Positions 1-10,898 of a DNA stretch of 64,000 nt are shown piece after piece (the stretch's first letter is position 1; each line of letters starts with the position of its first letter). The stretch is from the IMG/VR virus record IMGVR_UViG_3300044630_006741. One strand, written 5' to 3'. A model generated the notes under the pieces. That model had not been told where the DNA came from. It was given only the letters and a program-made list of their open reading frames with translations, and did not search any database. The translations under genes and the position numbers were made by a program. Source of the stretch: an uncultured virus (IMG/VR IMGVR_UViG_3300044630_006741). Its lineage: Duplodnaviria > Heunggongvirae > Uroviricota > Caudoviricetes.

Positions 1-70
1 CATAGCACCCATAGTTTTTCATTTTGAAAAGTATCAGGGAAACTCCGGAGTTAATTAATAGATTAGCAGA

Positions 71-364
71 ATGAAAGTTGGAACAATAGTACAGTGTATA
101 GATGATAGGTATCCAGAAAAGGTTTATATGCACTGTCTAAACGCACCGAAGTTTGGGGAACACTACACGATCCGTGAGATTATCAATTCAGGCAAGGTCG
201 GACTCCTCCTGGTTGAGATTATAAACCCAAATATTAAAGGAACACTCAATGGTGTTGGGGTATTTGCAGAGCCCCAGTGGTTAGCAAGTAGATTCAGGGA
301 AGTAGAGGGGCTTGATGATCTAGTAGCAGAACTGATAGAAGAGTCAATATATGCCGAAGCTTAG
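71..364 (+). CDS. hypothetical phage protein, paralog of 36605..36901
   Basis: ORF; shares CxxD..P..G.HY.IREI...VG..L.EI.NP...EP...RF with 36605..36901. Confidence 0.75.
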   Translation: MKVGTIVQCIDDRYPEKVYMHCLNAPKFGEHYTIREIINSGKVGLLLVEIINPNIKGTLNGVGVFAEPQWLASRFREVEGLDDLVAELIEESIYAEA

Positions 365-511
365 AAAGACAGCGTCCACGTTCTTCCTTCACCTAGAAAC
401 AAAACGGTATTTAATGAGTAATATTTCAGTGAAGCTTTACTAAAACTAAGTAAGACAGTAATAGATCTAAATTATAGCAAAGATTAAAAGTGCCAAATAA
501 AATATTCGAAA

Positions 512-859
512 ATGTCAAGTAAGATAAAAATAAAAAATACAGGGGAAAAAAAATCCAAGAATATCTGTGATAATTACATCCCAGATTTTGTTAAAAAATA
601 CGAGTTAGAGAAGACGAAAGTTTCCACGTATTCCATTCACATAACTGAGGATTGCGTTTTTACCAAAAAGAACGACTACTATCAAGTTACCGAATGGGGA
701 AACGGAGAAGGATACGATCTCTTTGTTGACAAGGCTAACGGGGGAAGCCAAAGTATTTCCCTGCATCATGCAGAAATAGGTATTTTTCTAAAACTTCTAA
801 TGGAAGCCGGAGCGATAACAGATGGGATATTATTAAATGATACGGAGCTAGATAACTGA
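512..859 (+). CDS. hypothetical protein
   Basis: 115-aa ORF in a tightly packed plus-strand run. Confidence 0.65.
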   Translation: MSSKIKIKNTGEKKSKNICDNYIPDFVKKYELEKTKVSTYSIHITEDCVFTKKNDYYQVTEWGNGEGYDLFVDKANGGSQSISLHHAEIGIFLKLLMEAGAITDGILLNDTELDN

Positions 860-860
860 T

Positions 861-1676
861 ATGAAAATAAGCGAGGATAAAAGGGAGCTTACCCTTAAGG
901 AGGCTTCGGAAAAATACGGAAAGAAGAAGGAGAAAACCTTAGGTATTCCTTTCCGTAAGATATTTGATATTATGATCTGGGACGAGCTATATCCGGTTTA
1001 CGATATAGAAGGATATGAGCACGAATACGGAAAACAGAACGGGTGTCCAACAACTTGGTGGCTCGATCACAGCAAGGCTGATCCAGAAACTGGCGTGAAA
1101 GAGGAAAGACCTTTAGCTCCCTATATAGATAAAGGGGTCCATAGAATTTGCTGGGGTGTGAATTACACTCAGGGAAACACAACAAAGCACAAGTGGGGAG
1201 AATTGAATCTCCGATTCTCTGGGGTTTGCAAAATAACAGCAAACGGAAAGGAGGTTTACACTATCAGAAACTGGGATCTTAATTCAGCATTAATGAGTGC
1301 TCAAGCAATTATAGAAAAAATAATTTCACACCCATACAACTTCCTTGATCCAGAAAAGGAAAGGGGTAGAAAGATATGGTACTATAACTTACCAGCAACG
1401 GTTTCACCAGGACACGAGCCAGGTGAGATCAGTATATATCCAGATTTTTCATATATGACTCCGGAGCTATGGTGGTCCGAATTGGGAAGAAGAAAAACTA
1501 AGGTGACCCCGATTAATTGGGAAGAGATTAAAAAAGACGAGCATGCACTTATATCCGGATCTGGTGATGAAGAGTTGGACTGGGAAAGAAACGATATAGA
1601 AGAGTCCAGAGATTATGGTAGTATAAATCACGGAGATGCTTTTTGGGATGGAAATATATGGTGGTTCAGAGACTAA
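861..1676 (+). CDS. hypothetical phage protein
   Basis: 271-aa Trp-rich ORF starting 1 nt after the previous stop. Confidence 0.75.
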   Translation: MKISEDKRELTLKEASEKYGKKKEKTLGIPFRKIFDIMIWDELYPVYDIEGYEHEYGKQNGCPTTWWLDHSKADPETGVKEERPLAPYIDKGVHRICWGVNYTQGNTTKHKWGELNLRFSGVCKITANGKEVYTIRNWDLNSALMSAQAIIEKIISHPYNFLDPEKERGRKIWYYNLPATVSPGHEPGEISIYPDFSYMTPELWWSELGRRKTKVTPINWEEIKKDEHALISGSGDEELDWERNDIEESRDYGSINHGDAFWDGNIWWFRD

Positions 1677-1989
1677 AATCATAATATGAAAATAATACCC
1701 TTCTTTGATTTAACTTGGACTAAGGACTTTAAACAAATTGCCTTAATACCAACAATATTCCTAACCAAGAGTTACGGAACCAGATACAACTTTGGAATTA
1801 ACTTTTTATGCTTTGATTTTGGATTATGGGTACTAATAAGAAAATGACACAGCAGGAAATCATTTCAAGAGTTATTGAATTAGAATCAATTATAACAGAT
1901 GCGGTGTCCAAAGGACACAAAGCTCACACCCAAGATGAGTATCAACCATATAGGGAAGAGCTTAACCTATTAAGAAAAAAATTAATGCC

Positions 1990-2379
1990 ATGAGTGAAAT
2001 AAAAGTTCTTGAAGATTTAAGTAGCTATAAGGATTACCTTACTGTTGGAAAATTAAGAAAGTATTTGGAGCAGCACCCAGAACTGCCTGATGATGCGAAT
2101 GTTTTAATACAAAGAGTTGAAGATAGGTATTACGAGAAGAATGGATGGGGTGTCGTACTAAAGGAGGGCTATCATTATCAAATGAATAAAACCCATAACA
2201 TTCGAATGGAAGAGGAAATTCGTAGAAGAAAGAACGGGGAACACCCGAAGTATGAAACGGAAGACCCGTCAAAACACATCGTGGAATTAGATGACGCAAT
2301 GAAGGAACAATATCATCCAGCCTTCTCTTGTTTGAAATATAAGGACGATGATAACCTTTATATAGATCTACATTATTAA
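1990..2379 (+). CDS. hypothetical protein
   Basis: 129-aa ORF. Confidence 0.7.
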   Translation: MSEIKVLEDLSSYKDYLTVGKLRKYLEQHPELPDDANVLIQRVEDRYYEKNGWGVVLKEGYHYQMNKTHNIRMEEEIRRRKNGEHPKYETEDPSKHIVELDDAMKEQYHPAFSCLKYKDDDNLYIDLHY

Positions 2380-2382
2380 CAT

Positions 2383-2724
2383 ATGGCTAAGAAAGAACAA
2401 AAAATTAAAACTGAATTTGATAATTTCTGGGGTGATCGCATAAAAGAAATACTAGACGGAAGTCAGGTAGAATCGATAGAGGATTTCGTCTCAAGAGAAA
2501 TAGAGGAGGCTCAGCAGCTATCTGAGGTTTCTAATGATCCATCTTACTATCTAGGGAAGGTCTCAGCCTATCAAGATCTAAGGGATCACTTAAATAAAAT
2601 AATAGAGTATTACAACAAAAAATATAGGGACTATAAGGAATTCAGGTTTGATGACCTATCAGATGCTCTAAGAAAAATAGAAATAAAAGACAGACAAGAT
2701 GCGAGGAATAAACGGAATATCTAA
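2383..2724 (+). CDS. hypothetical protein
   Basis: 113-aa ORF, 3 nt after the previous gene. Confidence 0.65.
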   Translation: MAKKEQKIKTEFDNFWGDRIKEILDGSQVESIEDFVSREIEEAQQLSEVSNDPSYYLGKVSAYQDLRDHLNKIIEYYNKKYRDYKEFRFDDLSDALRKIEIKDRQDARNKRNI

Positions 2725-2852
2725 GTGGCTGACCTACACAGGATCCACAATCGGAATGATAACTGGGGTCATTGATCACAACTATAGCTATGCAGGTTTT
2801 GCTTTCACCACTTTCATTTGGTGTTTTCTCTATAATGACCTATTAGAAAAAA

Positions 2853-3173
2853 ATGGAATTTGAGAAATTCAAGGAGATAGTAGATCTTCAAGTGGAGCAC
2901 CATAAGAGGTTACACTCTTTATATGATTTAAAGGTTGATCTTTTAGATACCTTTGATGAACTAGAAAGAGTAGTGGAAATGCTATGGAGTGAAATTCTAA
3001 CAGACGAGGGAGCAGATTGGCTTTCGTGGTTCCTTTATGAAAAGGATTACGTATCAGGTAAGCTAAGAGAAGATATGAATGCTTGGGATGGTGAGAAAGA
3101 AATCTGTAAGGATTTAGAGGGGTTATATGCCTATTTAAAAAATTCAAATTACTTTCTCCTGAAAAATCAATAG
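2853..3173 (+). CDS. hypothetical protein
   Basis: 106-aa ORF with A-rich start context. Confidence 0.7.
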   Translation: MEFEKFKEIVDLQVEHHKRLHSLYDLKVDLLDTFDELERVVEMLWSEILTDEGADWLSWFLYEKDYVSGKLREDMNAWDGEKEICKDLEGLYAYLKNSNYFLLKNQ

Positions 3174-3219
3174 TCCTATTTTTCCGATCTGATATATACA
3201 AGAAAAGAATTCGGAATAA

Positions 3220-4416
3220 ATGGCTTATAGAATACTTCTCAGGAGAGACACCCTTATAAATTGGAATTATAATGAGCCAGTTCTTTTAAGCGGAGAAGCA
3301 GGGTTTGTTACAGACACAGGTAGATTAAAGATAGGAGACGGTCAGAGCAACTGGTCCGCCTTACCTTATCTTAATGTTGGTCTCTCTGAGGTGAATCAGA
3401 ACATATTGCCTGCTTTGGATAGAACCTATGATATAGGATCAGATACACTTAGATGGAGAAATGGTTACTTCGGTACAGTTTACACCGACGCTGGAACTAT
3501 CTATATAGGAACAGCTCAGCTATCACAAGCTCCTGGTGGAGGTATTCAAGCAAGCTCTTACACTATAGCTGATCCCAACGGAGGTACCGGTGTTCAATTA
3601 GTATTCGAAAATGGAACAGTGAGTGTAATAGACTCAAACGGGGTAACTGGTGAATTTGGGCCACAAGGAGTAACTGGTCCTCAAGGTTCTGTAGGAGCCA
3701 CTGGTCCTCAAGGTTCTGTAGGAGACACTGGTTCTGTAGGAGCCACTGGTCCTCAAGGTTCTGTAGGAGCCACAGGTTCTGTAGGAGCCACTGGTCCTCA
3801 AGGTTCTGTAGGAGCCACAGGTTCTGTAGGAGCCACTGGTCCTCAAGGTTCTGTAGGAGACACTGGTCCTCAAGGTTCTGTAGGAGACACTGGTTCTGTA
3901 GGAGCCACTGGTCCTCAAGGTTCTGTAGGAGACACTGGTCCTGTAGGAGCCACTGGTCCTCAAGGTTCTGTAGGAGCCACTGGTCCTCAAGGTTCTGTAG
4001 GAGCCACAGGTTCTGTAGGAGCCACTGGTCCTAGCGGGACCTCTCTCACTACAGGAAGTTGGACTTTATCACCAGGTGCAAATACTGTTAGTTTTACAGT
4101 TACTGCAGGTGAATCATATGTTATGTGGGTGAATGGAAACATTCCAAATGGTATTGTTAATTGGAACGCCACAGTAACGCTATCAAATACAAACGTACCT
4201 GCAATAGGTGTACAGTATGGGTGGTGGTACGATCCTTCCCCTTCAACAACGGGTACTTTAGTTTTAACCGCAATACCAAATCAGATAGTTGGAACTGCGG
4301 GAGGTATTAGTACCACAATTTATATGGGATCAACTTCAAATGTATTCACATTTGGTATAACCAATAACAGTGGTTCATCCCAAATAGTATATTACGGGTA
4401 CACTAAAGTAAGTTAA
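3220..4416 (+). CDS. tail fibre-like protein: Mtd_N/hyaluronidase-type N-terminus plus collagen triple-helix repeat
   Basis: RRDT..NW...PVLLSGE.G..TDTG.LKIGDG...W..LPY N-terminus; long G-X-Y run; GATATATA at 3191. Confidence 0.8.
   Translation: MAYRILLRRDTLINWNYNEPVLLSGEAGFVTDTGRLKIGDGQSNWSALPYLNVGLSEVNQNILPALDRTYDIGSDTLRWRNGYFGTVYTDAGTIYIGTAQLSQAPGGGIQASSYTIADPNGGTGVQLVFENGTVSVIDSNGVTGEFGPQGVTGPQGSVGATGPQGSVGDTGSVGATGPQGSVGATGSVGATGPQGSVGATGSVGATGPQGSVGDTGPQGSVGDTGSVGATGPQGSVGDTGPVGATGPQGSVGATGPQGSVGATGSVGATGPSGTSLTTGSWTLSPGANTVSFTVTAGESYVMWVNGNIPNGIVNWNATVTLSNTNVPAIGVQYGWWYDPSPSTTGTLVLTAIPNQIVGTAGGISTTIYMGSTSNVFTFGITNNSGSSQIVYYGYTKVS
3657..4032 (+). repeat. collagen-coding tandem repeat built from 9-nt modules
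   Basis: Repeated GGTCCTCAA / GGTTCTGTA / GGAG(C/A)CAC(T/A) modules forming 18- and 27-bp units. Confidence 0.95.
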
Positions 4417-4460
4417 TTTGAGTCTCGTGCCAATAAATCAAAATACGGATTATAAACAAC

Positions 4461-5324
4461 ATGGCAACAGCAAGACCCTTCGCATATAACACAGGTTCAG
4501 CAATAGCTGGAACAGAACAAGTTGGAAGTATCGCAATTGGTACACCAACAAGTGGTTTCGAATCCACAGGATTACAGTGGTGGAACGGTCCTGACGAAGA
4601 TTTAGGTTATGTTATTGCTCATACCGTACCATCAGGAACACAACCAAATCCTCTTGGGGTTCCTGCCTATATTGGTTTTTGGAGAACACCAAGTAAAACA
4701 GATAATAACTTTATTAGTTTATCACAGTATGTCTCAAGCTTTGCTGGTACACCACAAACATTTGCAAATGCATCCGCGGCTAAGACATGGTTAAACTCAG
4801 CAGGATATTGGACATCCTGGGATTTAAGTTATACTGCAGGAGTATTTAAAACAACTTATAGCGGGTACTTTAATGATAATGTTAATTTCTTTGCAACTGC
4901 AACTCCTGCATCAGTAGGTGGAAATCCTGCGACTTCAGTACAAACCACCGAGATAACAGAACCACCTACCTCTGACGGTGAGAATTTCAGTTGTCAATGG
5001 TTAGGATATTTTAAACCGACGACCACGCAAACATATACATTTTACACATCTTCTGACGATGCGTCGTATGTGTGGATAGGTAATAATACCATATCAGGAT
5101 TTACTACGACAAACTCAACAGTTAATAACGGTGGATTACACGGGACACAAGAACGTTCAGGTTCTATTGCATTAACTGCTGGTACATATTATCCGTTACG
5201 AATACAATTTGGAGAATTAAGTGGTGGTGATGTAATGACTTTTAGTTACTCAACTCCAACAATTGCAAAAACAACCACCGTAACAGGTTTAATTTTTTAT
5301 AATTTGGCAACAAACGGATTTTAA
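4461..5324 (+). CDS. PA14-domain (carbohydrate-binding) protein, probably virion-associated
   Basis: NFSCQWLGYF..YTFYTSSDDASYVWI..NGGLHG..LTAGTYYPLRIQFGE..GGD is PA14-like. Confidence 0.8.
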   Translation: MATARPFAYNTGSAIAGTEQVGSIAIGTPTSGFESTGLQWWNGPDEDLGYVIAHTVPSGTQPNPLGVPAYIGFWRTPSKTDNNFISLSQYVSSFAGTPQTFANASAAKTWLNSAGYWTSWDLSYTAGVFKTTYSGYFNDNVNFFATATPASVGGNPATSVQTTEITEPPTSDGENFSCQWLGYFKPTTTQTYTFYTSSDDASYVWIGNNTISGFTTTNSTVNNGGLHGTQERSGSIALTAGTYYPLRIQFGELSGGDVMTFSYSTPTIAKTTTVTGLIFYNLATNGF

Positions 5325-5376
5325 AAACTAAAACTTATTAATTTATTTCTTCAATTTTTATTTAAAATTAATAAGA

Positions 5377-7170
5377 TTAAGCCATATTACTAGAAGATCT
5401 ATTCAATCCAAGAGCTGCTAGCTCGTTAGATGACATATAAGAATTGAATTCTTTTCTGTTATCGTTCCAGAATTTAACAGCTACTTCCGCGTTCTTTTCA
5501 GGATCGTGCACATTTGCTGCAGTCAAACCATATTTCTTGCCATATCCAGAGTTTGGATCTAGAGCGAAAAGGCCCTTGTATCTATTGTTTCCTGAGTTAG
5601 GATTGAACCCAGATTCCTGAGACGCCACTGCTGCTAAGAAATCAAGAGGGAAAACGTTTGCATACTTTTGAAGTATCGCTTTTATTTCAGGATGCTTTGG
5701 TAAATCTCTTCTGCCTCTTTCTAGCATTTGGTCGAATTTCTTCTTCTGATACTCTGTAAATAATTTAGCAACTAGCTGGTCGTTACCTTGGTCATAAGCT
5801 GCTTTTATTCTAGTCTTATATTCACCATCCCATCCTCTATTTCCAACGTTCCCCTTTATGTGGTTACTTTTGCCTTCCCATCCTCTCATGAACCATTGTT
5901 TTCCGTTAGATGAGAATTCCGGTTTAGAACCCAAAGCAACTTTCAAAAGCTCAGCAGCTCCAGCAGATCCTTGGTTGTGTGATAACCAATAAACCCAAGA
6001 GGTCTCGCCATCACCCAAACTGGTGTCACCTATAATAACATCAGAGCCTGCCATGTCTTGGCTTCCCTGTACTACTTTACTGAGGTCTTTTCTGCTGAAT
6101 CCATTCTCTCTTAATCTAGCGATCAAAGAGGAAAGGAAAGCTAGATCCATTACTGATCCTTCACCAGCTACGTTGTATTTTTGTTTAAAATCAGATACGG
6201 ATCTCGCAGTCTCAGGACCGTATAGACCATCTGCACCGTGTATAGGTAGATCAAAGCCTAGGAACTTAAGTCCTATCTGAACTCTTTCCACCATAGGATC
6301 GTATACGTAATTTGATGGACTCTGTTTGGTTTTGGTTTCGTTATTGTTGATAGCATTCTGTATGACATCATAGAATTCCCTCGTGCTAGCATCTGTATCC
6401 AGACCCTGTATGATTTCTCCGCTTTCGATGTCTTCTGCTTGAACAGGAATTTCTCCTTTAATCACGCCATCTATAAACTCTGTTAGCTTTTCCATCTCTG
6501 GTGTACTTTTACTAAGAGGCTCTGCGAACTTATCTTTTCCTTTTTTAATACCTATTTTAACAGGCAATCTATCAAATCCTAACTTGTCCCATAGTTCCTT
6601 ATAATATTCATTTATCTCCGAGGGTTCCTGAACTGTAGCGCCGTTTTCTATATTTCCACTCTCCCACATCCATGTAGGCATTTCTGCTTTATCCTCTGTG
6701 TTATAACCCCAACCGCTTCCGGGAATTATGAAAAATTTAGAGGCATTAGGGAATATCCTCTTTAACTCGATCTTAATATCCTTAGCATCTTCTAGCATCT
6801 GCTCAGAATATTGATACTTGTCACCCAAACCAAGGGAAAGAAAAACATACGGCATATCCGGATGTTGGTCTTTATACTGCTCTATCATTTTCAGATAGTC
6901 CGGAGTAGAGATATTACCAGAAGACCATATTCCTGATTTTATTTCGTCTCCGTTTACACTTCCGGCCCTTGTCCCCCCGTCGAATATTCTAGCTATTATG
7001 CTATTGAAAAAAGAAGCGAGATTATCACCTACTACTGCCGCCTTCGGTCTATTAGAGGATGTTTCGTTTAACGCCTTAAAGGAACGAAATCCTTCTATTC
7101 TTCCCTCGTTTACTCTTTTTTCTGACGAGATCTTGAAGAATCTACTAAAATTTAACAAATGTTTTTCCAT
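5377..7170 (-). CDS. SGNH-like domain + peptidoglycan-binding domain + SLT lytic transglycosylase
   Basis: VQIGL..LGF..GADGLYGPET..V.DF (PG_binding_1); AVASQESGFNP...GLFAL...DPEKN (SLT). Confidence 0.8.
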   Translation of the reverse strand: MEKHLLNFSRFFKISSEKRVNEGRIEGFRSFKALNETSSNRPKAAVVGDNLASFFNSIIARIFDGGTRAGSVNGDEIKSGIWSSGNISTPDYLKMIEQYKDQHPDMPYVFLSLGLGDKYQYSEQMLEDAKDIKIELKRIFPNASKFFIIPGSGWGYNTEDKAEMPTWMWESGNIENGATVQEPSEINEYYKELWDKLGFDRLPVKIGIKKGKDKFAEPLSKSTPEMEKLTEFIDGVIKGEIPVQAEDIESGEIIQGLDTDASTREFYDVIQNAINNNETKTKQSPSNYVYDPMVERVQIGLKFLGFDLPIHGADGLYGPETARSVSDFKQKYNVAGEGSVMDLAFLSSLIARLRENGFSRKDLSKVVQGSQDMAGSDVIIGDTSLGDGETSWVYWLSHNQGSAGAAELLKVALGSKPEFSSNGKQWFMRGWEGKSNHIKGNVGNRGWDGEYKTRIKAAYDQGNDQLVAKLFTEYQKKKFDQMLERGRRDLPKHPEIKAILQKYANVFPLDFLAAVASQESGFNPNSGNNRYKGLFALDPNSGYGKKYGLTAANVHDPEKNAEVAVKFWNDNRKEFNSYMSSNELAALGLNRSSSNMA

Positions 7171-7238
7171 ATTCCTTATATATCCTACGGTGATTTGAAA
7201 TAATTTTACTCATATAAACTAAAAAGTTCTAAAATATT

Positions 7239-7460
7239 ATGGCAGATTTTTGTACTAAGTGTCATCACGAACACGGCTTTCCAGGTAATCCAGGTATCGA
7301 CGTAGAAAATATTTTCGAGTCACTCGAAGAGGGATATATGATGAACGTTGGCATTTGTGAGGGGTGTGGAATAGTAGCTGTTGCTAAGAGAAACGACCAG
7401 TGTATAGTGGCTAGAGAATCCACAGTTGATAGTTTCGTTTGGGATCCGTATGAGGATTAA
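7239..7460 (+). CDS. small Cys-rich (CxxC x2) protein
   Basis: MADFCTKC...ICEGCG. Confidence 0.65.
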   Translation: MADFCTKCHHEHGFPGNPGIDVENIFESLEEGYMMNVGICEGCGIVAVAKRNDQCIVARESTVDSFVWDPYED

Positions 7461-7636
7461 CCCCCGTTAATAGGCCACTTACCAATTTTCTTAAGGTAAG
7501 CAATTGCTGCATTTCCCTGATCCGCAAATGGATCGAATTCATGCCCTAAATGTTCTTTCGGTAGATTGATTTCTCCACTAGCAGCTTTCAATCTATCTAA
7601 CTTGTCTGCAATAGCCTTGATGTATTCATTGTTCAT
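7457..7636 (-). CDS. small hypothetical protein (59 aa, not in ORF track)
   Basis: Manual translation MNNEYIKAIADKLDRLKAASGEINLPKEHLGHEFDPFADQGNAAIAYLKKIGKWPINGG; GGATATAT just upstream on minus strand. Confidence 0.55.
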   Translation of the reverse strand: MNNEYIKAIADKLDRLKAASGEINLPKEHLGHEFDPFADQGNAAIAYLKKIGKWPINGG

Positions 7637-7690
7637 GCTATAATATATCCGGCCAGCGAAATAAAAGGAGGATAGCTGTCTAAAATAAGT

Positions 7691-8719
7691 ATGGAAAAAA
7701 AGAAAGTTTTAGTTACAGGAGGATTGGGGTACATCGGTTCTCACACGGTTATATCACTCTTTGAAAACGGATTCGAACCCGTTATTTTAGATAATCTCAG
7801 CAATTCAAGTCCATCCGTTATCGATAGTCTACAGAGCATATTCGATGGATATAGACCACACGTTTATCTTGAAGAATTGAGGGACAGAAAGGTTCTACTA
7901 GAGATATTCGAGGAACATAAATTCCATGGAGTCATACATTTCGCAGCTAGCAAATATGTGGGCGAGTCTGTTACAAATCCACTGAAATACTACAAGAACA
8001 ACGTAGATGGTATATGCTCACTGATCTCTGTCATGCTGGAGTATGATGTGAAGAATATAGTTTTCAGTTCATCCTGCTCCGTTTATGGTGACAGCCAAGA
8101 ACAACCGGTTCACGAGGAAATGTTTAGGTACAATCCTGCTGCAAGTCCATACGGTCACACCAAACAGATAGGAGAGAGAATGCTGGAAGAATTCGCTAGA
8201 GCTTATGGTCTTAGATGTCTTTCTCTTAGATACTTCAACCCAGCGGGTGCTCACGAATCAGGAGAAATCGGAGAACTTCCGAACAGAAAAGAATCCAATC
8301 TATTTCCAATAATGTGCAGAGCAGCGGTGGATCCTGAATCAACACTGACTGTATTTGGAAAAGATTACGATACGTCAGATGGATCTTGTATCAGGGACTT
8401 TATACACGTTTGCGATCTTGCAGATGCACACGTTAGATCACTAGATGTGCTAGATGAGCAGGAAGGATCCTATCATGAGCTAATCAATATAGGTACAGGA
8501 AGAGGCACCTCGGTTTTGGAATGCATAAAAGAATTCTCGGATTCAAATGATGTTGCAGTGAAATATAAAATAGGTGAGAGAAGAGCTGGTGATGTTATGA
8601 AAGTTTGGTCATCAACGGCTAAAGCTGAGGCACTGCTAAAATGGAGTCCTAAAAGAACACTAGGTGAGATCTGCAAATCTTCTTTCATGTGGTACCAAAA
8701 ATCCACCACCAGATCCTGA
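7691..8719 (+). CDS. galE: UDP-glucose 4-epimerase
   Basis: VLVTGGLGYIGSHT, DNLSNS, HFAA.K.VGES, FSSS, PYGHTK, LRYFNPAGAH, RDFIHV.DLA. Confidence 0.95.
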   Translation: MEKKKVLVTGGLGYIGSHTVISLFENGFEPVILDNLSNSSPSVIDSLQSIFDGYRPHVYLEELRDRKVLLEIFEEHKFHGVIHFAASKYVGESVTNPLKYYKNNVDGICSLISVMLEYDVKNIVFSSSCSVYGDSQEQPVHEEMFRYNPAASPYGHTKQIGERMLEEFARAYGLRCLSLRYFNPAGAHESGEIGELPNRKESNLFPIMCRAAVDPESTLTVFGKDYDTSDGSCIRDFIHVCDLADAHVRSLDVLDEQEGSYHELINIGTGRGTSVLECIKEFSDSNDVAVKYKIGERRAGDVMKVWSSTAKAEALLKWSPKRTLGEICKSSFMWYQKSTTRS

Positions 8720-8742
8720 TATATAGCATAAAATAAAACTCA

Positions 8743-9111
8743 ATGAAAATTAAAAGACTATATGAAGATGCAAGATACCGTGACTCACAGATAAAAGATG
8801 CGGTGAAGGAATTTATCTATTCTAACAAAGACAATATAGATAGCATGGCTTCAGAAGAACTATGGGAACAGATCTACGATCTTCTAATATCTAATTTTCC
8901 AGATTACGACGAGGATGTTCTAATTACAACATTCAACAAAGAATATGGAACACCACCAGAGGAACTAACAGAGGATGGCGAAGAAGATGACGGGGATTTT
9001 AAAAAGACTGACGGTCTACCTGGTATGTCTTACACATCCTGGGCAAGATCCGCTCTAGGTGTCAACCAGAAATTAACAGAATCTTCGATAAAAAGATTAG
9101 GAGATTTTTAA
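8743..9111 (+). CDS. acidic hypothetical protein (late, leader-bearing)
   Basis: GATATATA at 8718; N-terminus MKIKRLYED. Confidence 0.7.
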   Translation: MKIKRLYEDARYRDSQIKDAVKEFIYSNKDNIDSMASEELWEQIYDLLISNFPDYDEDVLITTFNKEYGTPPEELTEDGEEDDGDFKKTDGLPGMSYTSWARSALGVNQKLTESSIKRLGDF

Positions 9112-9148
9112 AAAAAATAAAGGAGTCTATTTAGGCTCCTTTTTTATT
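9112..9148. terminator. bidirectional intrinsic terminator
   Basis: A-tract-AGGAGTCT-ATTT-AGGCTCCT-T-tract between convergent genes. Confidence 0.8.
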
Positions 9149-9165
9149 ATCTGACTTGTAATTTA

Positions 9166-10596
9166 TTATAGATCGAAAATTGGATATCCCTGATCTGGGT
9201 ATAATTTTTTAGCTATCTTGACTCTTAATGATTCGTTGATAAATTTAGATAGCATCTTAACCTTCTCGAAATCACCAGCATCTAAAGCTGCATCTATTTC
9301 CTTCTCGATTTCTCTTTTAGAAAGGTTAGAGTAATAATTATCGTCTTTTACCTCATCGCCCATCTCGACTTCTTCAGGCTCTTCCGCGTATGTCTCTATT
9401 CCCGCCTGAGCAAGGTCATATTTACTAAGCTCGTCTTTTATTGAATCTATGATCTTCTGGGTTTCTCTCTTAGCTATATCTAGTGCCTTTGCATCACCCA
9501 GAACAAAACCGTTTAATATGTTTCTAAAAAGCTCTAAGAATTTAGCAGGCTCCATAACCATAAGCTCACCTGCTACTCTTTCTTTAAGATTCTCCATCTC
9601 TTTAGACTCCTTGAAAGAGTTGATAAACTCTCTTAAGTCTGCGGCTATATAAGGACCATATCTAAGATCCTCTAGTTCATCTGCTAGTGTATCTGTATTC
9701 ATAACCACTATTTCAGCTGTCTCCTCATCTGAAGGAATGTTGTTAGCAAGAATTAGCTGCCATATTCCTTTAATTGCTTCGTGTAAAAGCATAGCAAAAT
9801 CATGGCCTCTTGCTATAACACTAATCCCTGTAAGATCAGATAAATCATCCTCTGCATCTTCAATGTTTCCTTTTTCTAGATTCTTTAAGAAATCCTCTAG
9901 ATCTTCTTCCTTATCTGGATTTTCTTTCTTCTCTTCCCATGATACTTTAGCAGATCCAGCAAAGCCATCTTTATTGGCTCTCCACATTTCTTTTTGAACC
10001 TCCATTGGTATTGACCAGTCGAAGAAATCCGCTATTTCTGTTATCTTATTAAGAAGCTCGATGTATTTTCTTCCATCTTGCTCACCCATTAGACCTAATA
10101 TAGCATCTCTTGTCTCAGGAAGGTTCAATGCTTTTTTAACCGATTTAGCTTCTCCCTGTCCGATGTTATTACCAATCTTTCTCATTTGAATGGCACTGAT
10201 AATACCTTTGTCTTTCAATTCTTCCAATTCTGGGAATTGTGGCTCTTCCGGTGTTTGCTCCATTGTGTCCTGGATCTCACCTTTCTTAGCAAATTTGATA
10301 TCAAGGTTAACCCCATCTAATATTTCAGAATACAAATTGAGAATAGCATCTTTTGCGATTTGCTCTAGCTCTTTTTTATATGGTTCCTGTAGTCTTCTGG
10401 ATTCACCAACCATTCCCATGAATCTACCGATATCTGCACCGTGTGTTCTTTTAAGTTGATCTAATTTCTCTTTAGCTCTTCTCTCAACGTCAGATAGGTA
10501 TTTTCCACCTCCATCTTCAGATTCACCGGGTATTCCTGGATTTCCTCTTAGAGAAGCTTCGTTTAAGTACTCCTCGAAATTTTTAATAGTTGCCAT
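9166..10596 (-). CDS. hypothetical protein, probably virion-associated
   Basis: 476 aa; leader MATIKNFEEYLNE; UVR-like IDAALDAGDFEKV near the C-terminus. Confidence 0.75.
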   Translation of the reverse strand: MATIKNFEEYLNEASLRGNPGIPGESEDGGGKYLSDVERRAKEKLDQLKRTHGADIGRFMGMVGESRRLQEPYKKELEQIAKDAILNLYSEILDGVNLDIKFAKKGEIQDTMEQTPEEPQFPELEELKDKGIISAIQMRKIGNNIGQGEAKSVKKALNLPETRDAILGLMGEQDGRKYIELLNKITEIADFFDWSIPMEVQKEMWRANKDGFAGSAKVSWEEKKENPDKEEDLEDFLKNLEKGNIEDAEDDLSDLTGISVIARGHDFAMLLHEAIKGIWQLILANNIPSDEETAEIVVMNTDTLADELEDLRYGPYIAADLREFINSFKESKEMENLKERVAGELMVMEPAKFLELFRNILNGFVLGDAKALDIAKRETQKIIDSIKDELSKYDLAQAGIETYAEEPEEVEMGDEVKDDNYYSNLSKREIEKEIDAALDAGDFEKVKMLSKFINESLRVKIAKKLYPDQGYPIFDL

Positions 10597-10846
10597 ATGC
10601 TTGTTTTAGTTTTTTAATATTAAGATCGAATGGTTTGCTAACTTTTTTAAGTTCCTCCATGAATCTATTAACTGCGTCTTCTACCTTAGCCTGTGGTTTA
10701 GGATCTACCGCTGGCTTTTCTCTTCTGATTGGACTTGGTCTAGATGGTGTTGTGCTCGGAGATGGTGTAGTTTTTGGAGGTGCCGTTGTGGGCTTTGGCT
10801 CCGACATCTGCACAAACTCGTCGATTTTTGTTGTAACCTTATTCAT
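10583..10846 (-). CDS. Pro/Thr-rich small protein
   Basis: ORF overlapping the start of 9166..10596; GATATATA on minus strand near 10868. Confidence 0.65.
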   Translation of the reverse strand: MNKVTTKIDEFVQMSEPKPTTAPPKTTPSPSTTPSRPSPIRREKPAVDPKPQAKVEDAVNRFMEELKKVSKPFDLNIKKLKQAYGNY

Positions 10847-10898
10847 TTTTGTTATTTATTTGTTTGATATATATCCAGGCAAATAATCTATATTTTAA

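Noticed and set aside
3634..3990. Minus-strand RTSGSY-repeat ORF
   Set aside because: Antisense shadow of the collagen repeat.
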